Positions 17,102 through 26,467 of a DNA stretch of 34,050 nucleotides are shown here, piece by piece. Both the position numbers and the translations under genes were made by a program. Positions within the stretch are counted from its first letter, which is position 1. Each line of letters begins with the position of its first letter. The stretch covers positions 1 through 34,050 of IMG/VR virus record IMGVR_UViG_3300020045_005277; one strand, given 5' to 3'. The DNA comes from a virus (taxonomy: Duplodnaviria > Caudoviricetes). The notes below the pieces were generated by a model, which was not told where the DNA came from, did not search any database, and saw only the letters and a program-made list of their open reading frames with translations.

Positions 17102-17127
17102 TTAATTGCAAAACTTTACTATCTTTA
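17095..17127 (+). promoter_or_regulatory. Promoter with an operator variant
   Basis: TTGTAATTAATTGCAA 17096-17111; TATCTTTA 17120-17127. Confidence 0.5.
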
Positions 17128-17139
17128 CAAAAAAAAACC

Positions 17140-17364
17140 ATGAGAAACATACTTTCAAAAATTCCAGTACTTATAAAAGAAAAGTACGATATCACACTAG
17201 AGGGCGAACTTTTACACATGCACGCCCCAAATGTTTATGTAGGCATAAGGATAACTAAGATCGTAACAATTAACGACACACCAGAAGCCTTTAAGATAAT
17301 CACAGATAATGTGATTGTGGCTTTATGGTCGGATTTAACAACCATACACACAACCATTTTATGA
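17140..17364 (+). CDS. Hypothetical protein; probable start at ATG 17140
   Basis: MRNILSKIP...; A-rich leader; ATGA overlap with the next gene. Confidence 0.55.
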   Translation: MRNILSKIPVLIKEKYDITLEGELLHMHAPNVYVGIRITKIVTINDTPEAFKIITDNVIVALWSDLTTIHTTIL

Positions 17365-17549
17365 AAAAAGACTATGTTAAAGCTAAGAAAATTAGCGAGC
17401 GACTAACTGGCGAACCTTTCAAAGTTCGCCAAACTTCGAAAAAGTTTCAGCAAGTTATTGAAGACTGCAACAATGCTGTCGAATCAATACTCTCGAAAAC
17501 TGAACTCACAGAAAAAGAAAAAGAACAAGCCAACAAAATTGGGTTATGA
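17361..17549 (+). CDS. Hypothetical protein
   Basis: MKKDYVKAKK...; ATGA overlaps at both ends. Confidence 0.55.
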   Translation: MKKDYVKAKKISERLTGEPFKVRQTSKKFQQVIEDCNNAVESILSKTELTEKEKEQANKIGL

Positions 17550-17758
17550 ACAAGCAAAAAGCCATTGAAAAACTAGAAGAATTAGCCGCCGAATATGACG
17601 GATATACAGATATTTCTTTCGACATGGAAGGCTATGAGATCGAAAGCCGAGTGTTTGTTACTCATCACTTCGAAAAAGGCGATCACGAAAATCCAAGCGT
17701 ACACACTATTGACGTTGAAATATTAGAGTTTGAAATGAATTTAATACCTGAGGAGTAA
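17546..17758 (+). CDS. Hypothetical acidic protein
   Basis: 70-aa translationally coupled ORF. Confidence 0.6.
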   Translation: MNKQKAIEKLEELAAEYDGYTDISFDMEGYEIESRVFVTHHFEKGDHENPSVHTIDVEILEFEMNLIPEE

Positions 17759-17759
17759 A

Positions 17760-18284
17760 ATGGAAAAACTACCGACTATTGCAGAAATTACCAGTATGGA
17801 ACTTTCTGCCCGCGACAAAGGCAATGCTTTAAATGTATTACTAAACCAACCGCCGCCAACTGCTTGGTTAAAAAAACAAGATGGTGTTACTCATCTACCA
17901 ATTGACAAGGTTAGATTTCTGCTAACAAAAATTTTTATCGATTGGCGCGAAGAAATCAAACAAGTGCAAGTAATTGCTAACTCTGTTGTTGTTACTTGTA
18001 CTCTTCATTATTTAGATCCAATTTCGGGCAATTGGAAACAAATGGACGGGGTGGGAGCGGCTCCAATTAATACAAAAAAAGGTTTTGGAGCGTTGGCATG
18101 GGATGAGATAGTACATGATTCAGTGCATAAATGCGCGGGTGCCGCTGATGCTTTTGCCTTAAAAAACGCAGCTAAAAAGCTGGGTAAAATTTTTGGAGGC
18201 GATTTAATGAAAGAAGATTCGATTAATTACGACGGCCTCATTGATCAAGAAAAATTCAAAGGTGCTAAAATAACTGAAAAATAA
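17760..18284 (+). CDS. Sak/Rad52-family single-strand annealing protein
   Basis: HLPIDKV..LLTKIF..W, VVVTCTL, DGVGA and AFALKNAAKKLGKIFGGDL motifs; adjacent to the exonuclease. Confidence 0.8.
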   Translation: MEKLPTIAEITSMELSARDKGNALNVLLNQPPPTAWLKKQDGVTHLPIDKVRFLLTKIFIDWREEIKQVQVIANSVVVTCTLHYLDPISGNWKQMDGVGAAPINTKKGFGALAWDEIVHDSVHKCAGAADAFALKNAAKKLGKIFGGDLMKEDSINYDGLIDQEKFKGAKITEK

Positions 18285-18285
18285 A

Positions 18286-18316
18286 TTTGCAATTAATTGC
18301 AAAAACACTATCTTTG
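18286..18316 (+). promoter_or_regulatory. Consensus Bacteroidota promoter with a perfect palindromic operator
   Basis: TTTG 18286-18289; TTGCAATTAATTGCAA 18287-18302; 19-nt spacer; TATCTTTG 18309-18316. Confidence 0.75.
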
Positions 18317-18335
18317 ATAAACCAAAAACAAAAAC

Positions 18336-18947
18336 ATGAATACAACATTAACAAAAGAACAACGCGAACAACGCGTCGGAAAATTTACAGGCTCTGAAAT
18401 CCATAAGCTCATGGGAGCAAAAGGATTTGGAAAAACAGGCGAAACTTACATTTTTGAAAAGGCAGCCGAATTTTTAACAGGCCAGCCAAATAAAGACGAA
18501 TTTTCGTCTGCCTCGACTCAATGGGGTATCGACCACGAAATGGAAGCGCAAATGTACTTCGAAAGTGCTACGGGGTTAAAGATCAAATCAGGTGAAACTT
18601 TGGATAACGGATTTATTGCCGGTACTCCCGACGGCATTGGAATAAATGCAGATTGGGGCTTTGAAATAAAGTGTCCTTTCAATTCTGGAAATCACCTGAA
18701 AAATTTATCTATGCAAAAAGCTGAAGATTTGCAGGATTTAAGAACTGAGTACTACTGGCAGTGCGTATCGTATATGTGGTTAACAGGCTTAAAGAAATGG
18801 AAATTTTGCAGTTACGACCCGCGTTTTAAGGAGGAAAAACGGATGTTAATTCTTAACATCGATCTTAACGAAACTCACTTAACGCTATTGAAGCAGCGTG
18901 TTACTGAAGCAAAGTTAATGTTTGACAACATAATATCAAAGCTATGA
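18336..18947 (+). CDS. YqaJ / lambda-exonuclease family protein
   Basis: RVGKFTGSE, WGIDHE, GTPDG, EIKCP, YYWQ and FCSYDPR motifs. Confidence 0.92.
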   Translation: MNTTLTKEQREQRVGKFTGSEIHKLMGAKGFGKTGETYIFEKAAEFLTGQPNKDEFSSASTQWGIDHEMEAQMYFESATGLKIKSGETLDNGFIAGTPDGIGINADWGFEIKCPFNSGNHLKNLSMQKAEDLQDLRTEYYWQCVSYMWLTGLKKWKFCSYDPRFKEEKRMLILNIDLNETHLTLLKQRVTEAKLMFDNIISKL

Positions 18948-19132
18948 AAATCGAGTTTATAAAGGAAACTAGAGAAAATGGAACCGTATTTTTCCACACC
19001 GAAATAGACGGCCACTATGTCGAAAACTCTACATCTACTAAAGATCAGGTTGCACATGGTTATTTTAAAATGATATGCGAATCGAAAGCAATATCAAAAA
19101 GCGAAATTTTAGAAACTGTTGAAATAAATTAA
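18944..19132 (+). CDS. Hypothetical protein
   Basis: 62-aa ATGA-coupled ORF. Confidence 0.55.
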   Translation: MKIEFIKETRENGTVFFHTEIDGHYVENSTSTKDQVAHGYFKMICESKAISKSEILETVEIN

Positions 19133-19136
19133 ACAC

Positions 19137-20199
19137 ATGAAAAACGAAATCGAAAAAATTAACCCTCAAGAATTTGGGTTACAGGAAACAGAAGTTCAAA
19201 CAATTGAACAGGCTTTTGTGCCTAAAATCATTGAGCGTGATAATTTAAAAGTTATTTACGAACAATTAATTACAGGCGAAATCACGCCGGAACTTTGTGC
19301 AGAGGCTAAAAGCTTACGCAATAGATTAGTAAAAGTTCGCACGAGTATTGCGGACATACATAAAAGTCAAAAGGCTTTTTTTTTTAGCGGCTGGTAGATT
19401 TGTTGACGCGTGGAAAAATAAAGAGACTTTGCCTGTAACGCAAATGGAAGAAAGCCTTTCAGAAATTGAAACTCATTACGAACGAATTGAGCAACAGAAA
19501 ATTAAAGAATTGCAAACTTCACGGGCTTTGGAATTATCGGAGTTTGAAGCTGATTTTATACCCGGCAACCTTGGAGAGTTAACAGAACAAGTATGGAGTA
19601 ATTTTTTATTAGGAACCAAAACAGCCTATGAATTAAAAAAGCAAGCTGAAAAAGAAGCACAGGAAAAAGAATTGGAACGAGTAAGAATAGAAAGCTTGCA
19701 CAATGAGCGCACAGTTGAAATTTTAGACTTATGGCAATTTGTTCCTGATGCTGATAAACAAAATAATTTCGGGCTTTATACTCAAAGTTCATGGGTTGCT
19801 TTCCATGCCTATTTGTTAGAAGAGAAACATAACTTTGAATTGGAACAAGAAAGAATTCGAATTGAAAATGAAAACCTTCAAAAGCAGCTAAAAATACAGC
19901 AAGAAAAAGCCGATCAAGAACGCAAGGCGCAGGAAGAAAAGTTAAGATTAGCAAATGCAGAGCGCGAAAAATCAGAAAAGCTTTTAAAAGAAAAAGCCGA
20001 TCAAGAACGCAAGGCGCAGGAAGAAAAGCTTGCAAAGCTTGAATTTGACTTACAAAAAGGTGACGCGGATAAGTTTCAAGATTTAATTAATGACTTGGAA
20101 GTCCTGAAAACAAAGTACTCTTTTAAATCCGAAAAAAACAAAAAGAAGTACTACGATGTTTCTATCCTTTTGGAAAAAATCATAACTCATATAAAGTGA
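19137..20199 (+). pseudogene. Coiled-coil protein split by a one-base frameshift in a T10 run
   Basis: ORFs 19137-19397 and 19348-20199 join as KSQKAFFLAAGRFVD if T10 (19376-19385) is T9. Confidence 0.7.
19901..20028 (+). repeat. 41-bp direct repeat (19901-19941 and 19988-20028)
   Basis: AAGAAAAAGCCGATCAAGAACGCAAGGCGCAGGAAGAAAAG twice, encoding EKADQERKAQEEK. Confidence 0.9.
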
Positions 20200-20282
20200 T
20201 GACACCAAAACACTTTGCACTCGCTTTTATACTTTCTATAATTTTTTGGGCTTTATTTTTATTAACCTTAATAATTTCTTAA
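20199..20282 (+). CDS. 27-aa single-TM peptide
   Basis: MTPKHFALAFILSIIFWALFLLTLIIS; TGATG overlap upstream and TAATG overlap downstream. Confidence 0.55.
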   Translation: MTPKHFALAFILSIIFWALFLLTLIIS

Positions 20283-20686
20283 TGTATACTCTATTTCTAA
20301 TCTTAACGGTGGCAGCTATAATCAGCCAAACCGTACACACGTATTTTGTTTTCGATTCTTTCAGCCGATTGAAAGGCCGGTTAAAACTATTTCAGGCCGT
20401 CGTATTCTGCGGAATTATCTCTGTCGCTATCTTCGGTTTCGTTATCATAAATAAACCAGCCTTGGCGCTGCTTGGTGCCTTCGTGGAGATCGTAATTAAC
20501 ATGTATTACTATGCGCAGGACTTTTTCGAAAATGGAATAAAAGCAGTTAGAGAGCCTTATCAGTTAAAAGCAAAAAGAAACGCTGCCATCTGGAGGTTTT
20601 GGCGAAAAAATTGGGTAGCTATATTTTTTGGGCTGCTTATCCCGATGCTGATTTATATTTTCTCTATCGTAATGAGTGAGTTATGA
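20282..20686 (+). CDS. Multi-pass membrane protein; probable start at ATG 20282
   Basis: About four hydrophobic segments. Confidence 0.7.
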   Translation: MYTLFLILTVAAIISQTVHTYFVFDSFSRLKGRLKLFQAVVFCGIISVAIFGFVIINKPALALLGAFVEIVINMYYYAQDFFENGIKAVREPYQLKAKRNAAIWRFWRKNWVAIFFGLLIPMLIYIFSIVMSEL

Positions 20687-21213
20687 GCTATAAATACAAG
20701 TTTGACACAAAAGCACAAAGCCAGTTCATAAAGGACTGGCTTTGTGCTAATCAAGATGTTATAAAATTTATTGGAATATCTAAACGATCAGGGGTATCTA
20801 TCATTTGTATTTCAAAATTAATGCAAAACAAACATCTAACTATTAGCCAAGGTAATATTAACAAGATAGTGCCAATTTTAAAAAATTACGGGTTTAAAAT
20901 GCCTGATGAATTTACAAAATTTGAAGCTATAATTTGCGAAGAAGTTGGAAAGTTTACCGAACATAAATTATGTGTAAGTGAGTTATGTTCTCCAAGTCGC
21001 AAAAGAGAAATTGTTCTGGCTCGGAATTTATCTATGATTTTTAGAAAAAAAGTACTAAAGCATTCACTCGAAGATAGTTGTATGCCATATAATCGCAATT
21101 ATGCAACTGGTATACATGCTTTAAAATCTTCTAAAAATTTAATGGAAACTGATCGGAATTTTAAAATTATGGTCGGTGTAATTGAAAAAAGGTTAGGCTA
21201 CTCATTATTTTAA
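20683..21213 (+). CDS. DNA-binding protein with an N-terminal HTH and a DnaA domain IV-like C-terminus
   Basis: ELCSPSRKREIVLARNLSM...NRNYATGIHA resembles the DnaA C-terminal signature (SxxRxxxIxxARQ...RDHTTVxHA); no AAA+ domain. Confidence 0.7.
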   Translation: MSYKYKFDTKAQSQFIKDWLCANQDVIKFIGISKRSGVSIICISKLMQNKHLTISQGNINKIVPILKNYGFKMPDEFTKFEAIICEEVGKFTEHKLCVSELCSPSRKREIVLARNLSMIFRKKVLKHSLEDSCMPYNRNYATGIHALKSSKNLMETDRNFKIMVGVIEKRLGYSLF

Positions 21214-21247
21214 TTCGTAACTTTCAAAAAATCTAATCTTCTTTTTT

Positions 21248-23494
21248 ATGAGCAAAAAAACTCAAGAACACTTAATTTCAGTGTTCGATAATGCCGTCTC
21301 TACTACTCAAAATAGCTTATCACTAAATGATTACTTTGCGGGGATTATTAACGGTAAGTGGCAAGATGAGGTCATAGCCTACAGAACCGGAAAAACTACA
21401 AAGCAAAAAGTTCACGCTGTAACCGCCTCAGGCCTTTTCCTTGGTCGCAAAGATTCAGAACTACAAGAACATAGCGGTTTGCTTGTTATTGATGTTGATG
21501 CTAAAGATCAGACTATTCCGCCTAGCGAAATCCGCGAACGACTAAAAGAAATTCCAGAGGTTTTCGCAATACATAGCAGCCTTGGAGGCGAAGGACTTGC
21601 AGTTTATTTTCGGATAAACAAAGCAAAACATTTTGAAAGTTTTGAGGCAATTTCGAAAATGCTGGTAAACGATTACGGCATAGTACCTGACATGCATTGT
21701 TCCAATATTGGGCGCCTTCGTTTTGTGTCCTATGATCCAGAATGTCATTTGAATTATGGCGCCAACGCCTGGAACTACATCGAACCAAAAGAGCAAAGAA
21801 CAAGCACGGGAGAACAAAATTACAGTTGGGTTATTTATTCGGAAAATGACATAAACTACATTTTAAGTCAAATAAAAGAAAGGCAACTAAACATTGCACC
21901 GGATTATTATAGTTGGTTGCGTATTGGTTTTGGCCTTGCTGATAAGTTGGGCGATTCTGGGCGTGATGCTTTTAAAGTAATATCAAATTATTATTTTGGC
22001 AAACAAAAAATTGACACTGATAAGCAATACGACCGTTGCATAAAGGCTGGTAAATCTGGCATAACAATAAAAAGTTTTTTCTACTATGCAAAATTAGCGG
22101 GTTGCGCCCTAACTTCAGAGCGCACAAAGAAAATCATAACGATAGGTAAAATTCGAAGAAAACAAGAACAGACAGCAAGCAGCGGCGCAATCGTTAACGG
22201 GAAACAGGATGCAAAACAGTATCTTTTAGATTTCGAAAGCATAAGCGGTAAGGACGTTGACGAAATACTGGAACAAGTTTGGAAGGCTCCAGCGAAGGAA
22301 ATGGGAAGCGATGAGGGTTTATTGTTTGATATTGAATTATTTCTAAAATCAAACTACAAATTCAGGCTAAACGAAATTACCTCAGTGGTTGAGGTAGAAG
22401 GCGAGCCTCTGAACGATTACAACTTTAATTCGATTTACCTAAAATGTACGAAAGTTGTTGAAAAGGCAAACAAAGACAAAGTTTTTGATTTGATTAACAG
22501 TGATTTCACGCCAAAATATAACCCTATACACGAATGGTTTGAAAAGCACAAACACATCAAAACTACTGGTAACATTACAAAACTTGCTTTGTGTATTTCT
22601 TCCGATCTTTCTTTAGCTGATGCTTCATTTGTTGAGTATTTTATCGAAAAATGGCTACTTTCAATTATTGCCAGCGCTCACGGTACCTATTCAATTCTTT
22701 GCTTAGTCTTAACCGGTCAAGTTCAAGGCACGGGTAAAACTAATTTTTTCCGAGAATTACTACCGGAGCCGCTTCGATGGTTAATGTCAATTAATAAGCT
22801 TGACGGTAAGGAGGCGGACGTAGGGCAATTGATGTGCAGTAAGTGGCTCATCTTAGATGATGAATTTGGTGGTAAATCTAAGCAGGATGAAAAGAGATTT
22901 AAGGAACTTATATCTAAGGACGTTTTTTCAATTAGAAAGCCATACGGGCGATATTTCGAGGATATGAAGCGTTTGGCAGTTCTTTGCGGAACAACAAACG
23001 AAGAGCAGGTCATTAACGATTTAACCGGAAATCGCCGTATAATTCCGATCCAAGTCAATCATATAGACGAATCAAAATACAACGAAGTCGATAAGACTGA
23101 GTTATTTATAGAGCTTTACTGGAAATTTCGGGAGCAGCCAAAAGCATTCTTTTTTACAAAAGCAGACATCGAAAGGCTAAATGACATCTGTTATAATGCC
23201 AATCAAGTGGCGGCTGAGGTAGAAGCTCCTTTGCAGTTTTTCGGCAAAACAACAAGATACGATCCAGCGGCGGTTTTTCTTTCCGCAACTCAAATGCGTA
23301 CGATAATCGAACAGCGTACAGGCATTAAGTTAAGTTCTCAAAAGCTTACTATTTCGTTAAAAAATATCGGTTATGATGCTGATAGAAAACGAATTGACGG
23401 TAATAATTTACGCGGTTTTTGGGTGCTGGATAAGTTTAATTCTACGCCGGTTTTGCCTAATGATAACGATAAAATTGATCGTGTGCCGTTTTAA
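21248..23494 (+). CDS. Primase-helicase (VirE N-terminal/BT4734-like primase, PriCT-2, VapE/VirE SF3-like ATPase)
   Basis: HSGLLVIDVD, SLGGEGL and RLRFVSYD; YYSWLRIGFGL (PriCT-2); Walker A GQVQGTGKT, Walker B ILDDE, RKPYGR, CGTTN, TGNRR. Confidence 0.9.
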   Translation: MSKKTQEHLISVFDNAVSTTQNSLSLNDYFAGIINGKWQDEVIAYRTGKTTKQKVHAVTASGLFLGRKDSELQEHSGLLVIDVDAKDQTIPPSEIRERLKEIPEVFAIHSSLGGEGLAVYFRINKAKHFESFEAISKMLVNDYGIVPDMHCSNIGRLRFVSYDPECHLNYGANAWNYIEPKEQRTSTGEQNYSWVIYSENDINYILSQIKERQLNIAPDYYSWLRIGFGLADKLGDSGRDAFKVISNYYFGKQKIDTDKQYDRCIKAGKSGITIKSFFYYAKLAGCALTSERTKKIITIGKIRRKQEQTASSGAIVNGKQDAKQYLLDFESISGKDVDEILEQVWKAPAKEMGSDEGLLFDIELFLKSNYKFRLNEITSVVEVEGEPLNDYNFNSIYLKCTKVVEKANKDKVFDLINSDFTPKYNPIHEWFEKHKHIKTTGNITKLALCISSDLSLADASFVEYFIEKWLLSIIASAHGTYSILCLVLTGQVQGTGKTNFFRELLPEPLRWLMSINKLDGKEADVGQLMCSKWLILDDEFGGKSKQDEKRFKELISKDVFSIRKPYGRYFEDMKRLAVLCGTTNEEQVINDLTGNRRIIPIQVNHIDESKYNEVDKTELFIELYWKFREQPKAFFFTKADIERLNDICYNANQVAAEVEAPLQFFGKTTRYDPAAVFLSATQMRTIIEQRTGIKLSSQKLTISLKNIGYDADRKRIDGNNLRGFWVLDKFNSTPVLPNDNDKIDRVPF

Positions 23495-23495
23495 T

Positions 23496-23780
23496 TGTAC
23501 CAACGTTCCAACCTTGTACCAACTATTTTATAAAAAGTCGGTACAACTCAAAGTCAATAAACTCTAGGCTTGTAGAAGGTTGTACCAACTGTACCAACTA
23601 TAATATAATATAATTAATATATATAATATACATATAGTAGTAGGTGGTAGTAGTATAAAAGGAAGCGCACGTAGTACTGTAGGAAAGTCTTAAATGTTGA
23701 AAAAAAGCGGTAAGGTTGGTACAAATACTCCGAAACGCACGAAGCTCTAAGGATGAACGTGTACCAACTAGGTTGGTACA
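23496..23780. repeat. Iteron-like TGTACCAAC repeats around an AT-rich core; probable replication origin
   Basis: Forward copies at 23496, 23515, 23581, 23590, 23760; reverse copies at 23715, 23772 and a 1-mismatch copy at 23537; AT-rich tract 23599-23636. Confidence 0.75.
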
Positions 23781-23793
23781 AAACACTAAAAAA

Positions 23794-25197
23794 ATGATTC
23801 AACTCAGAAATTACCAGACACAACTTATTGAAGACACTCGACGCGAGTTCGTAAAAGGACACAACCACGTTGTCCTGCAGCTCGCGACTGGTGGAGGCAA
23901 AACTGTCATTTTCACGCACATAGTAAAAGAAGCAAGCGCAAAAGGACGCAAATGTTTGATCTTAACAAACCGCGTCGAGTTATTAGAACAGGCTGGAGGT
24001 ACTTTTTCAAATTTCGGTATCAAGTACGAAAATATTACAGCCAGTACCCGCGCCGTACCAACTGGTTTGGTTATGGTTGCCATGGTCGAGACAATGAAAC
24101 GCCGGGCAGTTGCAAGGCTTGACTTTCAAATGTTTTTAAAAAGCATCGATCTTTTAATAATTGATGAGGTTCACATTGCTGCTTTCGATCCTATATTTCC
24201 GTACTTAAAAGATACTTGCTATGTGGTCGGTGTGACAGCTACACCCACAAGACAGGGTAAAAAACACCTTTGCGATAATTTTTCAAGCATTGTTTCAGGA
24301 CCATCTATTTTGAGACTTATTAACGACGGCTTCCTGTCATCGCCAAAATATTTTGGTGTTTCCGTTGACTTATCAAAAGTCAAAATGAAAGCTGGAGAAT
24401 TTGATGAACGGGACCAGGAGCGTGTTTTTTCCGAAGTGAAAGTTTTCGAAGGGCTTAAGGAAAATTTAGCACTACACGCGAAAGGACTAAAGACAATGAT
24501 TTTTTGCCCTTCGGTACAAAGCTCTTTAAATGTTGCGCATGAACTTGGATGCTTGCATGTTGATGGTACAATGAATCCAAGCGACCGCGACCGAATTTTA
24601 ACGCAGTTCGAAAATACACCAGGCGCAGTAATAACTAATTGTGCGATCACAACAACTGGGTACGATCACCCAGGAATCGAATGCATAGTACTTTACCGGG
24701 CAACAACATCTTTACCTCTTTACTTGCAAATGATCGGGCGTGGCAGCCGGGTGACTCAAACTAAGCGCAATTTCATTATTCTTGATTTTGGGATGAATGT
24801 CCAGAGACATGGCTATTGGCACATAGACCGTGAATGGAGTTTGAAACCACCGAAAACTAAAAGCAAAAAGAAGGATGTTTTTCCTGTTAAGTTTTGCCCG
24901 TCATGCGGCGCTATAGTTTCGGTAAATGTTAAGACGTGCGAACATTGCGGATTTGTTTGGATGCAAACCGAAAAAGAAAGAGTATTTGCGGAGCTACAAG
25001 AATTAAGCTACAGCGAAATTAACAAGAGAATGAACGGCGCAAGCATAGAAGAAATGGAAGAGTTGAGAATATCAAAGGGTTACAAGGTTGGGTTTCTTTT
25101 GCATAAGTTTAAAGAGTTAAACCAATTCGAAGAGTACGCGAAATTGAGAGGTTTTAAAAAGGGTTGGGTAGAACATAATGCAAAAATATATTTGTAA
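23794..25197 (+). CDS. SF2 DEAD/DEAH helicase with a C-terminal Zn ribbon; probable start at ATG 23794
   Basis: LRNYQ, ATGGGKT, DEVH, TATP, TTGYD, QMIGRGSR, CPSC..CEHC. Confidence 0.92.
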   Translation: MIQLRNYQTQLIEDTRREFVKGHNHVVLQLATGGGKTVIFTHIVKEASAKGRKCLILTNRVELLEQAGGTFSNFGIKYENITASTRAVPTGLVMVAMVETMKRRAVARLDFQMFLKSIDLLIIDEVHIAAFDPIFPYLKDTCYVVGVTATPTRQGKKHLCDNFSSIVSGPSILRLINDGFLSSPKYFGVSVDLSKVKMKAGEFDERDQERVFSEVKVFEGLKENLALHAKGLKTMIFCPSVQSSLNVAHELGCLHVDGTMNPSDRDRILTQFENTPGAVITNCAITTTGYDHPGIECIVLYRATTSLPLYLQMIGRGSRVTQTKRNFIILDFGMNVQRHGYWHIDREWSLKPPKTKSKKKDVFPVKFCPSCGAIVSVNVKTCEHCGFVWMQTEKERVFAELQELSYSEINKRMNGASIEEMEELRISKGYKVGFLLHKFKELNQFEEYAKLRGFKKGWVEHNAKIYL

Positions 25198-25232
25198 TAA
25201 TTTGCAAATGTAAAATGTTAATCGTACATTTG
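25192..25232 (+). promoter_or_regulatory. Promoter with an operator variant
   Basis: TTGTAATAATTTGCAA 25192-25207; TTTG 25201-25204; 20-nt spacer; TACATTTG 25225-25232. Confidence 0.65.
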
Positions 25233-25255
25233 AAGAAACTTTTAAACTTAGAAAC

Positions 25256-25312
25256 ATGGCAAACGAATCAGAAAGTAGACTACAACAACAGTGCTTTATT
25301 ATTTTGATATAA
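25256..25312 (+). pseudogene. Orphan 5' end of the VRR-NUC gene
   Basis: MANESESRLQQQCFIILI* matches the N-terminus MTESRLQMECFV of the gene at 26136. Confidence 0.7.
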
Positions 25313-25334
25313 AAACTAATTTGTTGTACATTTG
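25303..25334 (+). promoter_or_regulatory. Promoter carried by the homing endonuclease insert
   Basis: TTTG 25303-25306, 20-nt spacer, TACATTTG 25327-25334; the ATG follows at 25339 (near-leaderless). Confidence 0.55.
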
Positions 25335-25338
25335 ATTC

Positions 25339-26139
25339 ATGGAAAATAAAATTAATCTAAACGAACGCAATAAATCTGGTATATACTGTATACAAAGTAA
25401 AGTAAATAATAAAAAGTATATTGGAAGCTCTTGCAATATATCGAAAAGATACAGAATGCATTTGCACCATTTAAGAGTATTAAGCCATAATAATCAACAT
25501 TTAATTAATCATGTAAAAAAATACGGCATTAAATCACTTTATTTTTATGTTATTGAACTTTGTAATATAGAAAATCTAATTGAAAGAGAACAGTATCACA
25601 TCGACAATAATACTGATCTATTTAATTGCAGAATAATTGCCGACAGAAACGATGGTATTAAATGGACAGAAGAAATGAAACAAAAATTTATAGGGAGAAA
25701 ACATTCAGAAAAAACTAAAGAAAAAATAAGGCAGCTTCATTTAGGGAATACTTATAGATTAGGTAAAAAACTTTCAGAAGAGTCTAAAATAAAAATAGGG
25801 TTAAAATCTAAAGGAAGGGTATTAACTGAGGAAGCTAAATGTAAATTATCAAAAGCTTTAAAGGGTAGGGTTATAAGTGAAAAAACTAAAGATAAATTAT
25901 CGAAAGCTTTAAAAGGTAATAAAAATGGGCTTGGTTCAAAGCATCCGATTGAAAATATGCAAGCTTTTATAGATAAACTTTCTATTCCTGTATTACAATT
26001 CAAAGAAGGTATTTTTATTAAAGAATGGAAGTCAACAATAGAAGCAAGTAGAACTTTAAAAATAAATAGAGGTAATATTCACGCCTGCATTGCAGGTAAA
26101 AGAAAAATAGCAGGAGGGTTTTTATGGAAGAAAAAATGA
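25339..26139 (+). CDS. GIY-YIG homing endonuclease with NUMOD3 repeats and a C-terminal NUMOD1-like HTH
   Basis: SGIYCI...KYIGSS, EREQ, repeated HSEKTKEKI / LSEESKIKI, C-terminal PVLQF...STIEASR...CIAGKRKIAGGFLW; markedly AT-rich. Confidence 0.92.
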   Translation: MENKINLNERNKSGIYCIQSKVNNKKYIGSSCNISKRYRMHLHHLRVLSHNNQHLINHVKKYGIKSLYFYVIELCNIENLIEREQYHIDNNTDLFNCRIIADRNDGIKWTEEMKQKFIGRKHSEKTKEKIRQLHLGNTYRLGKKLSEESKIKIGLKSKGRVLTEEAKCKLSKALKGRVISEKTKDKLSKALKGNKNGLGSKHPIENMQAFIDKLSIPVLQFKEGIFIKEWKSTIEASRTLKINRGNIHACIAGKRKIAGGFLWKKK

Positions 26140-26456
26140 CAGAGAGTAGATTGCAAATGGAGTGTTTTGTTTGGCACTGGAACACTTACCCGAATCAGCG
26201 CGGTTTATTCTTTAAGATAAAAAACGAAGGTACAAACAAAATCACAGGCGCACGCGACAAAGCAACTGGGTTAATCGCTGGAGTTGCTGATAGTTGCCTA
26301 CTTATTAACGGTACGGCCGTTTTTATAGAGTTTAAAACGGAAACGGGAAAACAAAGCCCTAAACAAAAAGAATGGCAATTTCAAATTGAAAAGGCTGGTT
26401 ATATGTATTTTGTCGTGAGGTCTTTAGGTCATTTTGAAAATATATTAAAATATTAA
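26136..26456 (+). CDS. VRR-NUC domain nuclease (Holliday junction resolvase-like)
   Basis: ESRLQ, GLIAGVAD, FIEFKTETGKQSPKQ, VVRS; ATGA overlap with the endonuclease stop. Confidence 0.9.
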   Translation: MTESRLQMECFVWHWNTYPNQRGLFFKIKNEGTNKITGARDKATGLIAGVADSCLLINGTAVFIEFKTETGKQSPKQKEWQFQIEKAGYMYFVVRSLGHFENILKY

Positions 26457-26467
26457 ACACTAAAAAT

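Noticed and set aside
23373-23919. ORFs across the origin region and the long N-terminal extension of the helicase from 23716
   Set aside because: Low-complexity translation of iterons and the AT tract; the helicase Q-motif start at 23794 is more plausible
25300-26139. Group I intron around the GIY-YIG gene
   Set aside because: Only about 40 nt upstream and none downstream for a ribozyme core; the target N-terminus is duplicated instead
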